DNA from: a virus
Lineage: Duplodnaviria; Caudoviricetes
Strand: one strand, 5' to 3'
Virus record (IMG/VR): IMGVR_UViG_3300048670_001593
Coordinates: 14,718 to 78,717 of that record
DNA length: 64,000 nt
The first letter of the stretch is position 1; the number at the start of each line of letters is the position of its first letter. The translations under genes and the position numbers were made by a program. The notes below the pieces were generated by a model. It saw only the letters and a program-made list of their open reading frames with translations, searched no databases and was not told the origin of the DNA. Positions 36,684 through 46,107 of the stretch are shown here, piece by piece.

Positions 36684-36993
36684 AAAGGCAAAAAAACTCG
36701 TCTTAAACAAAAGAAAGAGTTGGCAAGAAATTGTTAATAGCGTTGAAAAGAATGAAATTCCCGTCAGCATACTTCAACAGATTTCAGTTGAATTAGTTGA
36801 CGGGACTGAAGTTACCATCAATGTCAAAGAACTTATCCTGGAAGGTTACGATCCTCACGATATCCAAAATTTGCTGGATGAAAAATTTACTCAACTGGAC
36901 GAATACATTCAGAATGTGGATTTTTTCGTGGATATCGATGCTGTGGTGGACACCGTTCAACCCGAGACTGACCGAGTATTAAAGAATCTATGA
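36652..36993 (+). CDS. Hypothetical protein
   Basis: 113 aa overlapping both neighbours. Confidence 0.6.
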   Translation: MSEQPKKPRRKKAKKLVLNKRKSWQEIVNSVEKNEIPVSILQQISVELVDGTEVTINVKELILEGYDPHDIQNLLDEKFTQLDEYIQNVDFFVDIDAVVDTVQPETDRVLKNL

Positions 36994-37505
36994 TCGCAGC
37001 AATTTTAGCAGCCACACCCACAGGTGGTATTGGTTTCAATGGTACCTTGCCCTGGCCCAAAAACTCTGAAGATCTGAAATGGTTCAAACACCACACTGAA
37101 AATCAGATTGTCATCATGGGCCGCAATACCTGGGAAGATCCTGCAATGCCAAAACCCTTGCCCAACAGAATCAATTATTTGGTCAGTTCTGTCCTGCCAG
37201 AGACCAAATATCGTGGGTTAATCAAATGGATTCCTGGAAATCCTGTGGAAAATATTCTGAAAATAAGTCAGGAGCATCCTGACAAAACAGTGTTCATAAT
37301 TGGTGGCCAACAATTGTTTGAGTCATGTGAGCCCATCATTGAACGAATCTATTTTACCAGAATCAAAAACAACTATCGAACTGACGTCAGGCTTAATTTA
37401 TCTAATTGGATGTCTGAATTTCAATGCAGATCAGTCCGACCTGCCACTGATTGCACCTACGAAGTCTGGGAAAGAATCAAGCCCAACTCCCAGACATCAG
37501 ACTGA
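36990..37505 (+). CDS. folA: Dihydrofolate reductase
   Basis: GIGFNGTLPW...DLKWFK, VIMGRNTW, IIGG. Confidence 0.93.
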   Translation: MIAAILAATPTGGIGFNGTLPWPKNSEDLKWFKHHTENQIVIMGRNTWEDPAMPKPLPNRINYLVSSVLPETKYRGLIKWIPGNPVENILKISQEHPDKTVFIIGGQQLFESCEPIIERIYFTRIKNNYRTDVRLNLSNWMSEFQCRSVRPATDCTYEVWERIKPNSQTSD

Positions 37506-37525
37506 AAATCCTGTATAATTATTAA

Positions 37526-38356
37526 ATGAAAACTTATCTGGACGCGCTCCAACATGTGCTAACACACGGGGAAGCACGAGATGACCGCACTGGTGTTGGC
37601 ACCATTGGTACATTTGGTCTACAAATGCGTTACGACCTCCGACAGGGGTTTCCAGCAGTAACTACCAAAAAATTGGCTTTCCGAAGCTGTGCGGCTGAGT
37701 TGCTGTGGTTTCTGGAAGGCAGCAATGATGAGCGTCGACTGGCAGAGATCACCCACGGCACCAGAGAAGGTGTCGCCACCATCTGGACTCCCAACTCCCT
37801 GGCGCCTTACTGGCGACCCCGAGCCAAATTCACCGGAGACGTGGGACGCATCTACGGTGTGCAGTGGAGAGATTTTGGTGGTGTGGATCAAATTGCAGAA
37901 TTGATTCAGGGCATCAAACAGGATCCTCTGAGCCGCAGGCACATATTGACAGCCTGGAATCCCCCCGAGATTGACGACATGGCCCTGCCTCCCTGCCATG
38001 TCATGGCCCAGTTCTATGTCACTCGAGACTGGAGACTCAGTTGTCAATTATATCAGCGCAGTTCTGACATGTTCTTGGGCGCTCCATTTAATATTGCCAG
38101 TTACAGTCTGTTGACTCATATGATTGCACAGGTGTGTGATCTGGGAGTGGGAGAGTTCATACACTGCATAGGCGATGCGCACATTTATACCAACCACCTG
38201 AATCAGGTTCAGGAGCAACTGTCCAGATCTCCCCTACCACTACCCAAATTGTATCTGAACCCTGGCATCAATGACATATTCCAATTTACACTAGAAGACA
38301 TCAGTCTGGAGAACTATGAACACCATGGACCAATTGTCGCAGCAATGGCAGTCTAA
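37526..38356 (+). CDS. thyA: Thymidylate synthase
   Basis: DRTGVGT, PPCH, YQRSSD, PFNIASY. Confidence 0.96.
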   Translation: MKTYLDALQHVLTHGEARDDRTGVGTIGTFGLQMRYDLRQGFPAVTTKKLAFRSCAAELLWFLEGSNDERRLAEITHGTREGVATIWTPNSLAPYWRPRAKFTGDVGRIYGVQWRDFGGVDQIAELIQGIKQDPLSRRHILTAWNPPEIDDMALPPCHVMAQFYVTRDWRLSCQLYQRSSDMFLGAPFNIASYSLLTHMIAQVCDLGVGEFIHCIGDAHIYTNHLNQVQEQLSRSPLPLPKLYLNPGINDIFQFTLEDISLENYEHHGPIVAAMAV

Positions 38357-38618
38357 CGAAACCCATCACAGACGTCGTGTGATATTCTACACTGCCAAAC
38401 TGCATTTTGAAGAAACCCTGAAGATGAACACCAATCAATTATTCTGGGAAGCAGCTAGACATTTTAAAGACACCAGAGAATATGCCTGGGTGGAAGACAA
38501 TGCGGTGGCCTTGCAATGGGCCGAAGACAGCAATGTGCTGGCCTGGCACAAGCAGGTGGTGTTTTACGGTGATCTTACAGAAAGACAATACATTGACTAT
38601 GCTCTGAGATTTCTGTAA
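38316..38618 (+). CDS. Hypothetical protein (start uncertain)
   Basis: ORF filling the gap after thyA. Confidence 0.5.
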   Translation: MNTMDQLSQQWQSNETHHRRRVIFYTAKLHFEETLKMNTNQLFWEAARHFKDTREYAWVEDNAVALQWAEDSNVLAWHKQVVFYGDLTERQYIDYALRFL

Positions 38619-38629
38619 TATATACTATT

Positions 38630-38791
38630 ATGAAAAAATATACTGTGGAACTCATTGAAGATGGCGAAGATCTGGTGTTGCCATTACCAGAAGAAATTAT
38701 GACAGAACTGGGTTGGAACATGGATGATGTTCTTATCTGGACTGACAATAAAAATGGCACCTGGTCGCTGACTAAAAAGGCAGAAGAATGA
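38630..38791 (+). CDS. Small AbrB/SpoVT-like protein (53 aa), absent from the ORF track
   Basis: MKKYTVELIEDGEDLVLPLPEEIMTELGWNMDDVLIWTDNKNGTWSLTKKAEE*; ATGA overlap with the next gene. Confidence 0.6.
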   Translation: MKKYTVELIEDGEDLVLPLPEEIMTELGWNMDDVLIWTDNKNGTWSLTKKAEE

Positions 38792-39447
38792 AAGTTTACT
38801 TGAGCAAATATCGCGATCACTGGATTAGCCCCTACACCATCTGTGAACATGTTTGCTGGTGGCGTGAAATCGACTATGATGAGCCCTGGGTAAAAACTGC
38901 AAACAGAATTCTGGAGCCTGTGTGTGAAGTTCTACGAAAGATTCTGGACTGGGCACACCCTGAGATTCGCTATGTAAAAATTGATCGCTGGGACACCTGG
39001 AACATGGACAGCGCACTGACTCCCATTATCCTGCCCATGCTCAAGCAACTGCAATCAACCAAGCAGGGATCACCCTGGGTGGCAGATGAAGACGTGCCAG
39101 AACATCTGCGTTCAAGTGCAGCACCTCCCAAAGCCGACGAATGGGACACTGACGAACTGTGGCATGATCGCTGGACCTGGGTGCTGGAGCAGATGATCTG
39201 GAGTTTTGAACAACTCAACTCAGATTGGGAAGCACAGTTTCATTCTGGTGAACACGACTTCTATTGGGAAAAGACTGGAGAAACTTCATTTAATTCCATT
39301 ACCAATAAAATGGAAGGCATTAGTGAAATGAAACATGGTCCCAATCATACTGCCCGATTTGATGCAGAAGGTTATCGCACCCACAGTGATCGAATTGATC
39401 TGGGCCTGCGTTTATTCGGTAAATATTTCCGAGCATTGTGGAACTAA
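38788..39447 (+). CDS. Conserved phage hypothetical protein
   Basis: 219 aa, Trp-rich; ends GLRLFGKYFRALWN. Confidence 0.7.
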   Translation: MKVYLSKYRDHWISPYTICEHVCWWREIDYDEPWVKTANRILEPVCEVLRKILDWAHPEIRYVKIDRWDTWNMDSALTPIILPMLKQLQSTKQGSPWVADEDVPEHLRSSAAPPKADEWDTDELWHDRWTWVLEQMIWSFEQLNSDWEAQFHSGEHDFYWEKTGETSFNSITNKMEGISEMKHGPNHTARFDAEGYRTHSDRIDLGLRLFGKYFRALWN

Positions 39448-39710
39448 TGAAAATTCTTGTGCATACTGTTAACATAGGTGATGTTGAAGATCCTGAAATT
39501 TACGCTGCGGAACCCCTGTATAACTGGGAACACACAGAGCAAGGACAATGGTTGCAGGCAAACAGTTATCAAGAGATGTGTTATACAATAAAAGATGATC
39601 CCAGAATCTGGGGGCATCGGGTCTATGTCTGGGCGTGGTTAAAAAATCAAGAATTGACTTATTATACATTACGATGGGGCGATACCCTATCGCATAATAC
39701 AACAGGGTAA
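39447..39710 (+). CDS. Hypothetical protein
   Basis: TAATG coupling; GDVEDPEIYAAEPL. Confidence 0.6.
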   Translation: MKILVHTVNIGDVEDPEIYAAEPLYNWEHTEQGQWLQANSYQEMCYTIKDDPRIWGHRVYVWAWLKNQELTYYTLRWGDTLSHNTTG

Positions 39711-39715
39711 AGACC

Positions 39716-39874
39716 ATGAGTAAACTTACAGATTTAATGAAGTCAGCATTGGATAAAAAACAATCAAGTGATCACGGCACAACTAAGGTAAACAAAAACA
39801 CCAAGGGAAAGGTCTCCGGCAGCCAGGTCAGCATCAACAAACCAGCAAAGAAATCTGCAGGTCGAGGTCGATGA
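39716..39874 (+). CDS. Small basic protein (52 aa), absent from the ORF track
   Basis: MSKLTDLMKSALDKKQ...KSAGRGR*; ATGA overlap with the epimerase. Confidence 0.55.
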   Translation: MSKLTDLMKSALDKKQSSDHGTTKVNKNTKGKVSGSQVSINKPAKKSAGRGR

Positions 39875-40833
39875 AGTTTCTGGTGACCGGTGGAGCCGGT
39901 TTCATTGGTCACAATGTTGTCCGGATACTGGAATCTCAACAACACCAATGCGTGATTGTTGACAATCAGACCGACTACGGCATATTAAATGCTCGGGAAT
40001 TGGCATACTTGTCTGAACATCGACTGAGCCAGGTCGCTGCCAGACACTGTAATGTAGATATCCGAGACTGTGTGGCTATTCAGCATCTGATGGCAGATTT
40101 TAAACCAGATGTTGTCATACACCTGGCCAGTTTTCCCAGACAGAAAGCTGCAGAAAAAAATCCTCGAATAGCCAGTGAGGTCATGATCGCTGGGCTAACC
40201 AATCTGTTGGAAAGTGCCCGACACCACAACGTAAAAAAGTTTGTGTATATCAGTAGTTCCATGGTCTACGGTGACTTTGCTTCAGGAACCCATGAACTGG
40301 CGCTTTGTCAGCCTCAGGGCAGTTACGGTATATTGAAACTCGCAGGCGAGTGGCTGGTACAGGATTACCATCGCCTGGGTTTTTTCGACCACACCATTGT
40401 CAGACCCAGTGCAGTTTATGGAGAATGGGACGTGGAAGATCGAGTCATAAGTAAGTTTATAACTCGTGCGCTGCGTGGTGAGCCCATCACAGTTCACGGG
40501 GCCAGTGAAGTCCTGGATTTTACTCATGTGTCTGACACCGCACAGGGCATAACACTGGCAGCCACCAGTGATCGGAGTAGTGGTAAAATCTATAACATCA
40601 CCAGATCAGCTGATCAGGAATCCACATTGCTTGATGCAGCAAAATTGATTGTAGACATCGCAGGTCAGGGTGAAATTGTAGTGGCAGATCGTGATGCCAG
40701 GTTCCCACGTCGAGGACATCTGGATATCACCCAGGCCCGAGCTGATCTAGGGTACGATCCCAAAGTTGATATTACAGAAGGTTTTACCAGATATTATGAG
40801 TGGTATAAAGAAAATCCCCTTCTTTGGTCTTGA
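39871..40833 (+). CDS. NAD-dependent nucleotide-sugar epimerase/dehydratase
   Basis: TGGAGFIG, SSSMVYG, YGILK (YxxxK), RPSAVYG, DFTHVSD. Confidence 0.92.
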   Translation: MKFLVTGGAGFIGHNVVRILESQQHQCVIVDNQTDYGILNARELAYLSEHRLSQVAARHCNVDIRDCVAIQHLMADFKPDVVIHLASFPRQKAAEKNPRIASEVMIAGLTNLLESARHHNVKKFVYISSSMVYGDFASGTHELALCQPQGSYGILKLAGEWLVQDYHRLGFFDHTIVRPSAVYGEWDVEDRVISKFITRALRGEPITVHGASEVLDFTHVSDTAQGITLAATSDRSSGKIYNITRSADQESTLLDAAKLIVDIAGQGEIVVADRDARFPRRGHLDITQARADLGYDPKVDITEGFTRYYEWYKENPLLWS

Positions 40834-41920
40834 CAGACAATACGCACTGCTGCGTGACGAAATATTAGCCGTCACCGATGAAGTCTATCGAACCGGACAA
40901 GTTCTGGATGGTGAATACACACGAAAATTTGAACAAGCCATGGCCATCAGAACCCAGCGACAGTTTGCAGTGGCTGTCAATAGTTGCACGCAGGCACTGA
41001 TATTTGCTCTGAGATCAGTGGATCAAATCAGATCTGACCGCATACTGATCCCCACACAGAGTTTTGTAGCCACACTGAATTCAGTCATGGAAGCAGGACT
41101 AGAGCCGGTGTTCTGCGACGTCAACCCCATAACTGGGTTGATTGACCTCAGTCGAATCATGGTCAACTATAATGAAATCAATGCCATCATGTATGTGAAC
41201 TTGTTTGGCAACATTGTGGACTACGATAAACTCCGGACCTATCAGGAGATTTTTGCTGACAACGGTGTTCATATAATTGAAGATGCCGCACAGAGTTTGG
41301 GTGCCAGTTATTCGGGAATACCCAGTGGTAAACTGGGCGATGTCAGTTGTCTGAGTTTTGATCCCACAAAAAATTTGCCAGCCTATGGCAGTGGTGGCAT
41401 GGTACTGACTGACGATGTTGGCGTATTTGAAAACTGCCTGAGTCTCCGAGACAATGGCAAATATCATGATCACACTGTGTCAGGTACCAACAGTAAAATC
41501 AGCGAGGCCGACGCCGCTCAGCTGCTGGTTAAATTGCAATATTTTGATGGCTGGCAGGCCCGACGCAGGGAAATTGCTGAGTATTATTCAGATCAACTCA
41601 CAGGATATGTGACTGTGCCGCCCATAGATGCCAGAGTTGAGCCAGCCTGGCACAAATTTGTCATACATTCCGCACATCGTACCAGAATCAGAAAGTCTCT
41701 GGAAAATGCTGGTATCGAGACCAGGGTTCACTACAGTCGACCACTCAATCTCAACAGTATTGGATTTGCCTATGATCGGGGACTGTTGGCCACAGAAGGT
41801 GCTGAAGAATTTGGACGCACCTGTCTGAGCCTGCCCATCTACCCTGAGCTCACTGATGTGGAAGTGGAGACAGTGGTGGATCAGGTCAGACTGAGTGTTG
41901 ACTCAGCCAGAAATTCCTGA
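40796..41920 (+). CDS. DegT/DnrJ/EryC1/StrS sugar aminotransferase (full length)
   Basis: AVNSCTQAL, IEDAAQSLGA, SFDPTKNLPAYGSGGM, SLPIYPEL. Confidence 0.9.
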   Translation: MSGIKKIPFFGLDRQYALLRDEILAVTDEVYRTGQVLDGEYTRKFEQAMAIRTQRQFAVAVNSCTQALIFALRSVDQIRSDRILIPTQSFVATLNSVMEAGLEPVFCDVNPITGLIDLSRIMVNYNEINAIMYVNLFGNIVDYDKLRTYQEIFADNGVHIIEDAAQSLGASYSGIPSGKLGDVSCLSFDPTKNLPAYGSGGMVLTDDVGVFENCLSLRDNGKYHDHTVSGTNSKISEADAAQLLVKLQYFDGWQARRREIAEYYSDQLTGYVTVPPIDARVEPAWHKFVIHSAHRTRIRKSLENAGIETRVHYSRPLNLNSIGFAYDRGLLATEGAEEFGRTCLSLPIYPELTDVEVETVVDQVRLSVDSARNS

Positions 41921-44711
41921 GCCAGGCCCACTCAAAAGTCTTGAGTAGTTGCTGGTAGTCGCCGGCCACGGTGTCATAATACTTGACCGCATCTGCTGCA
42001 CCCTGCAAGCTCCATTCAGCGTGCTGGCCCTGGGCTTCTGACAACCAGAGGTTCAGTCTATAGCGACTTTCGATGCTGTCGGTTTTCTCCACGTGATCCC
42101 GGAGTTTAACAACTTCTCTGAATGCAGTGCGCCAGGTCAGCTCGGGAGTGGTGTTGTAATGTGCCACTGCACTCAACACCGGCACCACTGCATGAGGTTT
42201 ACTCAGAGTAAAGTCCAGGCCCGGTGCATCTGTCTCCAACACCAGTTGTCGATTGTAGGCAATGATGCCCATGTGACCGTATTCCAGACCATTGACTGGG
42301 TTGCGACTGTGGAAGATATAGTGCTTGGCTTCCTGTAACCGGTCGGGTTGCCAACTCCAGTCAAAGTCATCGACCACTTCTAATTTGGCAAACACTGTGA
42401 AGAACCAGGCAGTGTCGCTGAGTTCAGCTGCGGCTCGATAGGCATTGGCACGCCCATCGACGTTCTGAACACGTTTGATGGGTCTACCCGCAGTGTTACA
42501 CAAATGCTCATACCAGCGTTCTGCGTCGGGTTCACCATTGCTGATGTAGATGATATCCAGATCGGGTTCTTTTATGGTCCGTTGCTTGTCGATATAGGGA
42601 TAATCATAGGCTTGTGTATTAATATGAATTTTCACGTCTCTGGGAGCCAAAATCACGCTGTTTCCACGCGAAAAAGTGTGAATTTTACGGTCTTTGGCAT
42701 ACCAAATTGCAGGTTCGTATACTAGTGCATGATCTTGAACGAACTCATGATTGGGCACGAACCAGGTGTAGGGATGTTCAAAATTATGCAGTTTGAGCAC
42801 ATCAACTGCTGAGTCAGTGGTATAGCGAACCACCGGTATGGGTAATCTGGGAACTGTCTGTTCTGAACAGTAGTTCACCGTGTCAAACCAGTCCAGCAAC
42901 TCCAGTTGTTCCATTTGTTTGCGAAAACTCGGCACGTGTATATAAAATGTGTCTCCACGAATTTGTTTACCACTGGGGAATACGTGCATCATTTCACGTT
43001 GCCAGGGTTCAGGTTGCCAACTGAAATCAAATCTGGTATAGTCGCACAGGCTGCTGATGACCCAGACATACTCAGTGGTCACAGTGGCCATGATACGACG
43101 CAGAGTTTCCAGATAACTGTCAACAAATCTGGTGCTCCGGATGTCGGGGTATTTCTGACTGAGTTGTTGATACTGATCAGTGGCGTTGCCGTGACTGACC
43201 CAATAGATGTCATGCAGGTCATCGGGTATCATGACTGGCTGATCTCGGACAAAATTCAGATTGGGAAATTGTTCAATGCTTTGAGCCCACTGAGTATGTC
43301 GTTCGAATTCGTAGCGATTGATTAAGAAAGTGTCTGACCATTTCTGCCATTGTGACCCAAACACATGAGTCATATAACTTTGCCAGGGCTGGGCATGCCA
43401 GGTGAAATCGAAATCGTCGTAGACGTTTTCGCTGCTGATGACCCAGAATTTACTGGTTTCGCTCCTGGTCAGACAACGTCGAATAGTGTCCATGATGCTG
43501 TTGGCATATCTGACCCTGTGTATGCCAGGATAACGCTCTTGTAGGCGCTCATAGCGCGTCTTGGAACTGGCATTGTTTTTATCAATAAAAAATATATCCA
43601 AAACTTCCAACACTGGCTTATCGTGTTGTTGGGGCGTGGGAACGGGACCTGCAAATTTAATTTCAGTTGCACCCGGCACTGTGTAGGTGAGCCCAACAGT
43701 CTGCTGGAATTCAGTACCAAAGTGATAGATGTAGGGAGGGTCTTGAGGATGGGGGACCCAACTGAAATCTACCTGATTGGCATTGACTTCTTCTGGTACT
43801 GACCAATGCGTTGGATCTGGTAATGTTTTGGCCACCAAAACATCCAGATATTTTTCCTGTGTTGCGCCGGGTGTGTGATATTCGGGGCCACCCACTGCAT
43901 TCCATACAGTGGGAAATTTATAAACGTAGGGCTCTTCTGCAGGATGTGGTGCCCAGCTGAAATCAAAACTGGTTCGATCAACATTTGCTGGCACCACCCA
44001 GTTATCCATGCTGCTCAGTGTTTTAGCCTGAAAGTCTTCCAGAAACTTAATATCAGTGGCACCAGGCACACGATATTCGGGACCACCAATTCGGTCCCAT
44101 CCCCATTTGACTGGAAATTGATAGATCAATGGTGGATCTGTGGGATCGGGACACCAGGAGTAATCAATGCTGTCAGGGTCAATATTATCAGGAATGTACC
44201 AATAATCTTTATTGCCCTGTGTCTCTGCAATTATGATATCAATATATTTGTGTTCAGTCGCGCCCGGCACTCGAAATTCCACACCACCGACATTTTGCCA
44301 ACCCCATTTTACTGGAAAATGATAGACATATGGTGGATCCAAGGGATTGGGATGCCAAGAACAAGCCACGCTGGCACTATCGATATGGTCAGGCATGTAC
44401 CAGTTTTCTAATGATTCCTGTCTTGATACAATTGCATCATCTCTGAAATGCCAATTCCGGGTTTTTACCGTGTGTTTATTGGCAAGATAGGTGCCACCAC
44501 ATGTCTGCCACTGACTGGGCCAGACGTGAACAAACTCACTTTGCCAGGGTACCGGGCGTTGATCAAAATCAAATTCACCGTAATCGTTGTTGCCATCAAT
44601 AAACCAAAAGAATTTGGTCCGACTGAGCGCAGCAGCAGCGTCTAAATCTCGAGCCGGTTGCTCAAATGGAAAAAGTCCGGGTTTGGGTCCTTGATAAAAT
44701 ACATCAAACAT
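41886..44711 (-). CDS. 941-aa multidomain glycosyltransferase-like protein with internal repeats
   Basis: Four related D-x-F/Y...DFxWQP domains plus four ~65-aa tandem repeats; the last domain resembles 59248..60144. Confidence 0.6.
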   Translation of the reverse strand: MFDVFYQGPKPGLFPFEQPARDLDAAAALSRTKFFWFIDGNNDYGEFDFDQRPVPWQSEFVHVWPSQWQTCGGTYLANKHTVKTRNWHFRDDAIVSRQESLENWYMPDHIDSASVACSWHPNPLDPPYVYHFPVKWGWQNVGGVEFRVPGATEHKYIDIIIAETQGNKDYWYIPDNIDPDSIDYSWCPDPTDPPLIYQFPVKWGWDRIGGPEYRVPGATDIKFLEDFQAKTLSSMDNWVVPANVDRTSFDFSWAPHPAEEPYVYKFPTVWNAVGGPEYHTPGATQEKYLDVLVAKTLPDPTHWSVPEEVNANQVDFSWVPHPQDPPYIYHFGTEFQQTVGLTYTVPGATEIKFAGPVPTPQQHDKPVLEVLDIFFIDKNNASSKTRYERLQERYPGIHRVRYANSIMDTIRRCLTRSETSKFWVISSENVYDDFDFTWHAQPWQSYMTHVFGSQWQKWSDTFLINRYEFERHTQWAQSIEQFPNLNFVRDQPVMIPDDLHDIYWVSHGNATDQYQQLSQKYPDIRSTRFVDSYLETLRRIMATVTTEYVWVISSLCDYTRFDFSWQPEPWQREMMHVFPSGKQIRGDTFYIHVPSFRKQMEQLELLDWFDTVNYCSEQTVPRLPIPVVRYTTDSAVDVLKLHNFEHPYTWFVPNHEFVQDHALVYEPAIWYAKDRKIHTFSRGNSVILAPRDVKIHINTQAYDYPYIDKQRTIKEPDLDIIYISNGEPDAERWYEHLCNTAGRPIKRVQNVDGRANAYRAAAELSDTAWFFTVFAKLEVVDDFDWSWQPDRLQEAKHYIFHSRNPVNGLEYGHMGIIAYNRQLVLETDAPGLDFTLSKPHAVVPVLSAVAHYNTTPELTWRTAFREVVKLRDHVEKTDSIESRYRLNLWLSEAQGQHAEWSLQGAADAVKYYDTVAGDYQQLLKTFEWAWLRNFWLSQHSV
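43650..44425 (-). repeat. Four tandem ~65-aa protein repeats (approximate bounds)
   Basis: W.vP..iD..s.DfSW.PhP.dpPyiY.F...w...gG.ey.vPGAte.K repeated four times. Confidence 0.8.
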
Positions 44712-45213
44712 GGATTTTTTCTACTTTAATCCCGCAGCGTTTTAGAAATTCAATGCCAGACGAGCATCGATAATCCACTGTATAGTAGACTGCAACGACG
44801 CCACTCTGATAAATTAATTTGGCACAGTCAATACAGGGACTATGAGTGATAAACATGCTGGCGCCAGCACCGCTTTCGCTGGAACGAGCTAATTTTGAAA
44901 CTGCATTTGATTCAGCGTGGAGTACTTCGGGTCTGGTTTTTAACCGCCTGAGATAACTGCCACCATCCTCGTCTTCGTGCCACTCCCAACCCTCTTCTAG
45001 AAATTTGTAAACCTGACTTGGGTCGTCCCATTCTATTTTTTTCTCCCAGAATTCGCAATTGTTGTCCCAACCGGCCGGCATGCCATTGTAGCCGATGCTG
45101 ATAATTCTGTCATCTTTGACTACTAATGCGCCAACTTTAAGCCTTCTGGCTGTACTACATTCAGCATAGATATGCGCAGCTCGCATATGTGCCTGTATGT
45201 GTTTATTCTTCAT
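44704..45213 (-). CDS. dCMP deaminase
   Basis: VGALVV, SIGYNG, HAE.NA, SPCIDC; start moved to ATG 45213. Confidence 0.92.
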   Translation of the reverse strand: MKNKHIQAHMRAAHIYAECSTARRLKVGALVVKDDRIISIGYNGMPAGWDNNCEFWEKKIEWDDPSQVYKFLEEGWEWHEDEDGGSYLRRLKTRPEVLHAESNAVSKLARSSESGAGASMFITHSPCIDCAKLIYQSGVVAVYYTVDYRCSSGIEFLKRCGIKVEKIHV

Positions 45214-45679
45214 CCGTGACTTCCATCCAGGTATAATCACCCAACCATTTGATCTGACAGATATAGTTGTATTCCTCTGGGGCACCGCAACTCCAGCCGG
45301 TGGGCCCCTGGTGACACAATCTAGTATACTGTTTTTTTGTATCATACACAAGCCAGTATTTCTGCCCGTGGTAGGTCCGAAATTCATAATGAGCCTGATG
45401 AACCATGTCGGTGATATCCAGACGACGTTTAAGATCAGCTGCTTGTTTTTGTAACACTGATACCAAATCCATGATGCGGTTGTACTCCTGCATGCCATGC
45501 ATTCTGGCAGCATTGACCATGACATCTTTCTGTTTGGTCACAGGAACTAAATCAAATGCAGGCCCGCCCACATCGGTAGGGTATGGTGTAATATTTCTGT
45601 TGAAAAATTCCACCAGAGAGTTACCTACGTTGGCATCATAACTTTCTCTGCCCTTGGCACGATTGGATTTTTTAGACAT
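45203..45679 (-). CDS. Conserved hypothetical protein
   Basis: 158 aa; PYPTDVGGPAF. Confidence 0.65.
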   Translation of the reverse strand: MSKKSNRAKGRESYDANVGNSLVEFFNRNITPYPTDVGGPAFDLVPVTKQKDVMVNAARMHGMQEYNRIMDLVSVLQKQAADLKRRLDITDMVHQAHYEFRTYHGQKYWLVYDTKKQYTRLCHQGPTGWSCGAPEEYNYICQIKWLGDYTWMEVTDEE

Positions 45680-46107
45680 TAGGAACCGTCAGCGGAAATA
45701 AGCTGTTCTGCAATATATTCGGCCCAAAATTCTGAATTTTGCACAGATACCTGAATATTAAACTGACTGGGAGACTCAAACAGCTGATTGGTATCAGCAA
45801 ATCTACTCTCTGTTATAGTATCCATCCAGATCACATAGTCAGCCGCAAATTCATCACGCAACTGCTGTGTGGGTGCTACAAAATCACATATAACGAATTC
45901 TGATTCAGAAGTATCAGCCAGACTTTTCATGCGGGCTGCCTGCCTGAGACGACCAGCGTCAGTAAAGTCCCAATCGTCTGCCTGCTGTCTGATCTGATCA
46001 GCATTATACCAGTCTGCAGTTCGACCCAATTCAACAAATTTATTTTGTAATGCTTGTGCCAGGGTAGTCTTGCCACTGCCCGGCAATCCCATGATCAATA
46101 TTTTCAT
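45679..46107 (-). CDS. cysC: Adenylylsulfate (APS) kinase-like P-loop protein
   Basis: GLPGSGKTT, NADQIR..A.DWDF...GR.RQA, CDFVAP, FESP; 142 aa. Confidence 0.75.
   Translation of the reverse strand: MKILIMGLPGSGKTTLAQALQNKFVELGRTADWYNADQIRQQADDWDFTDAGRLRQAARMKSLADTSESEFVICDFVAPTQQLRDEFAADYVIWMDTITESRFADTNQLFESPSQFNIQVSVQNSEFWAEYIAEQLISADGS

Noticed and set aside
37526-38356. ThyA as a dCMP or dUMP hydroxymethylase for pyrimidine modification
   Set aside because: It keeps the PFNIASY Asn and all standard ThyA motifs and is paired with DHFR, so it reads as an ordinary thymidylate synthase
41886-41920. Regulatory significance of the 35-bp convergent overlap at the strand switch
   Set aside because: Short 3'-3' overlaps are common in compact phage genomes; no hairpin or other signal seen
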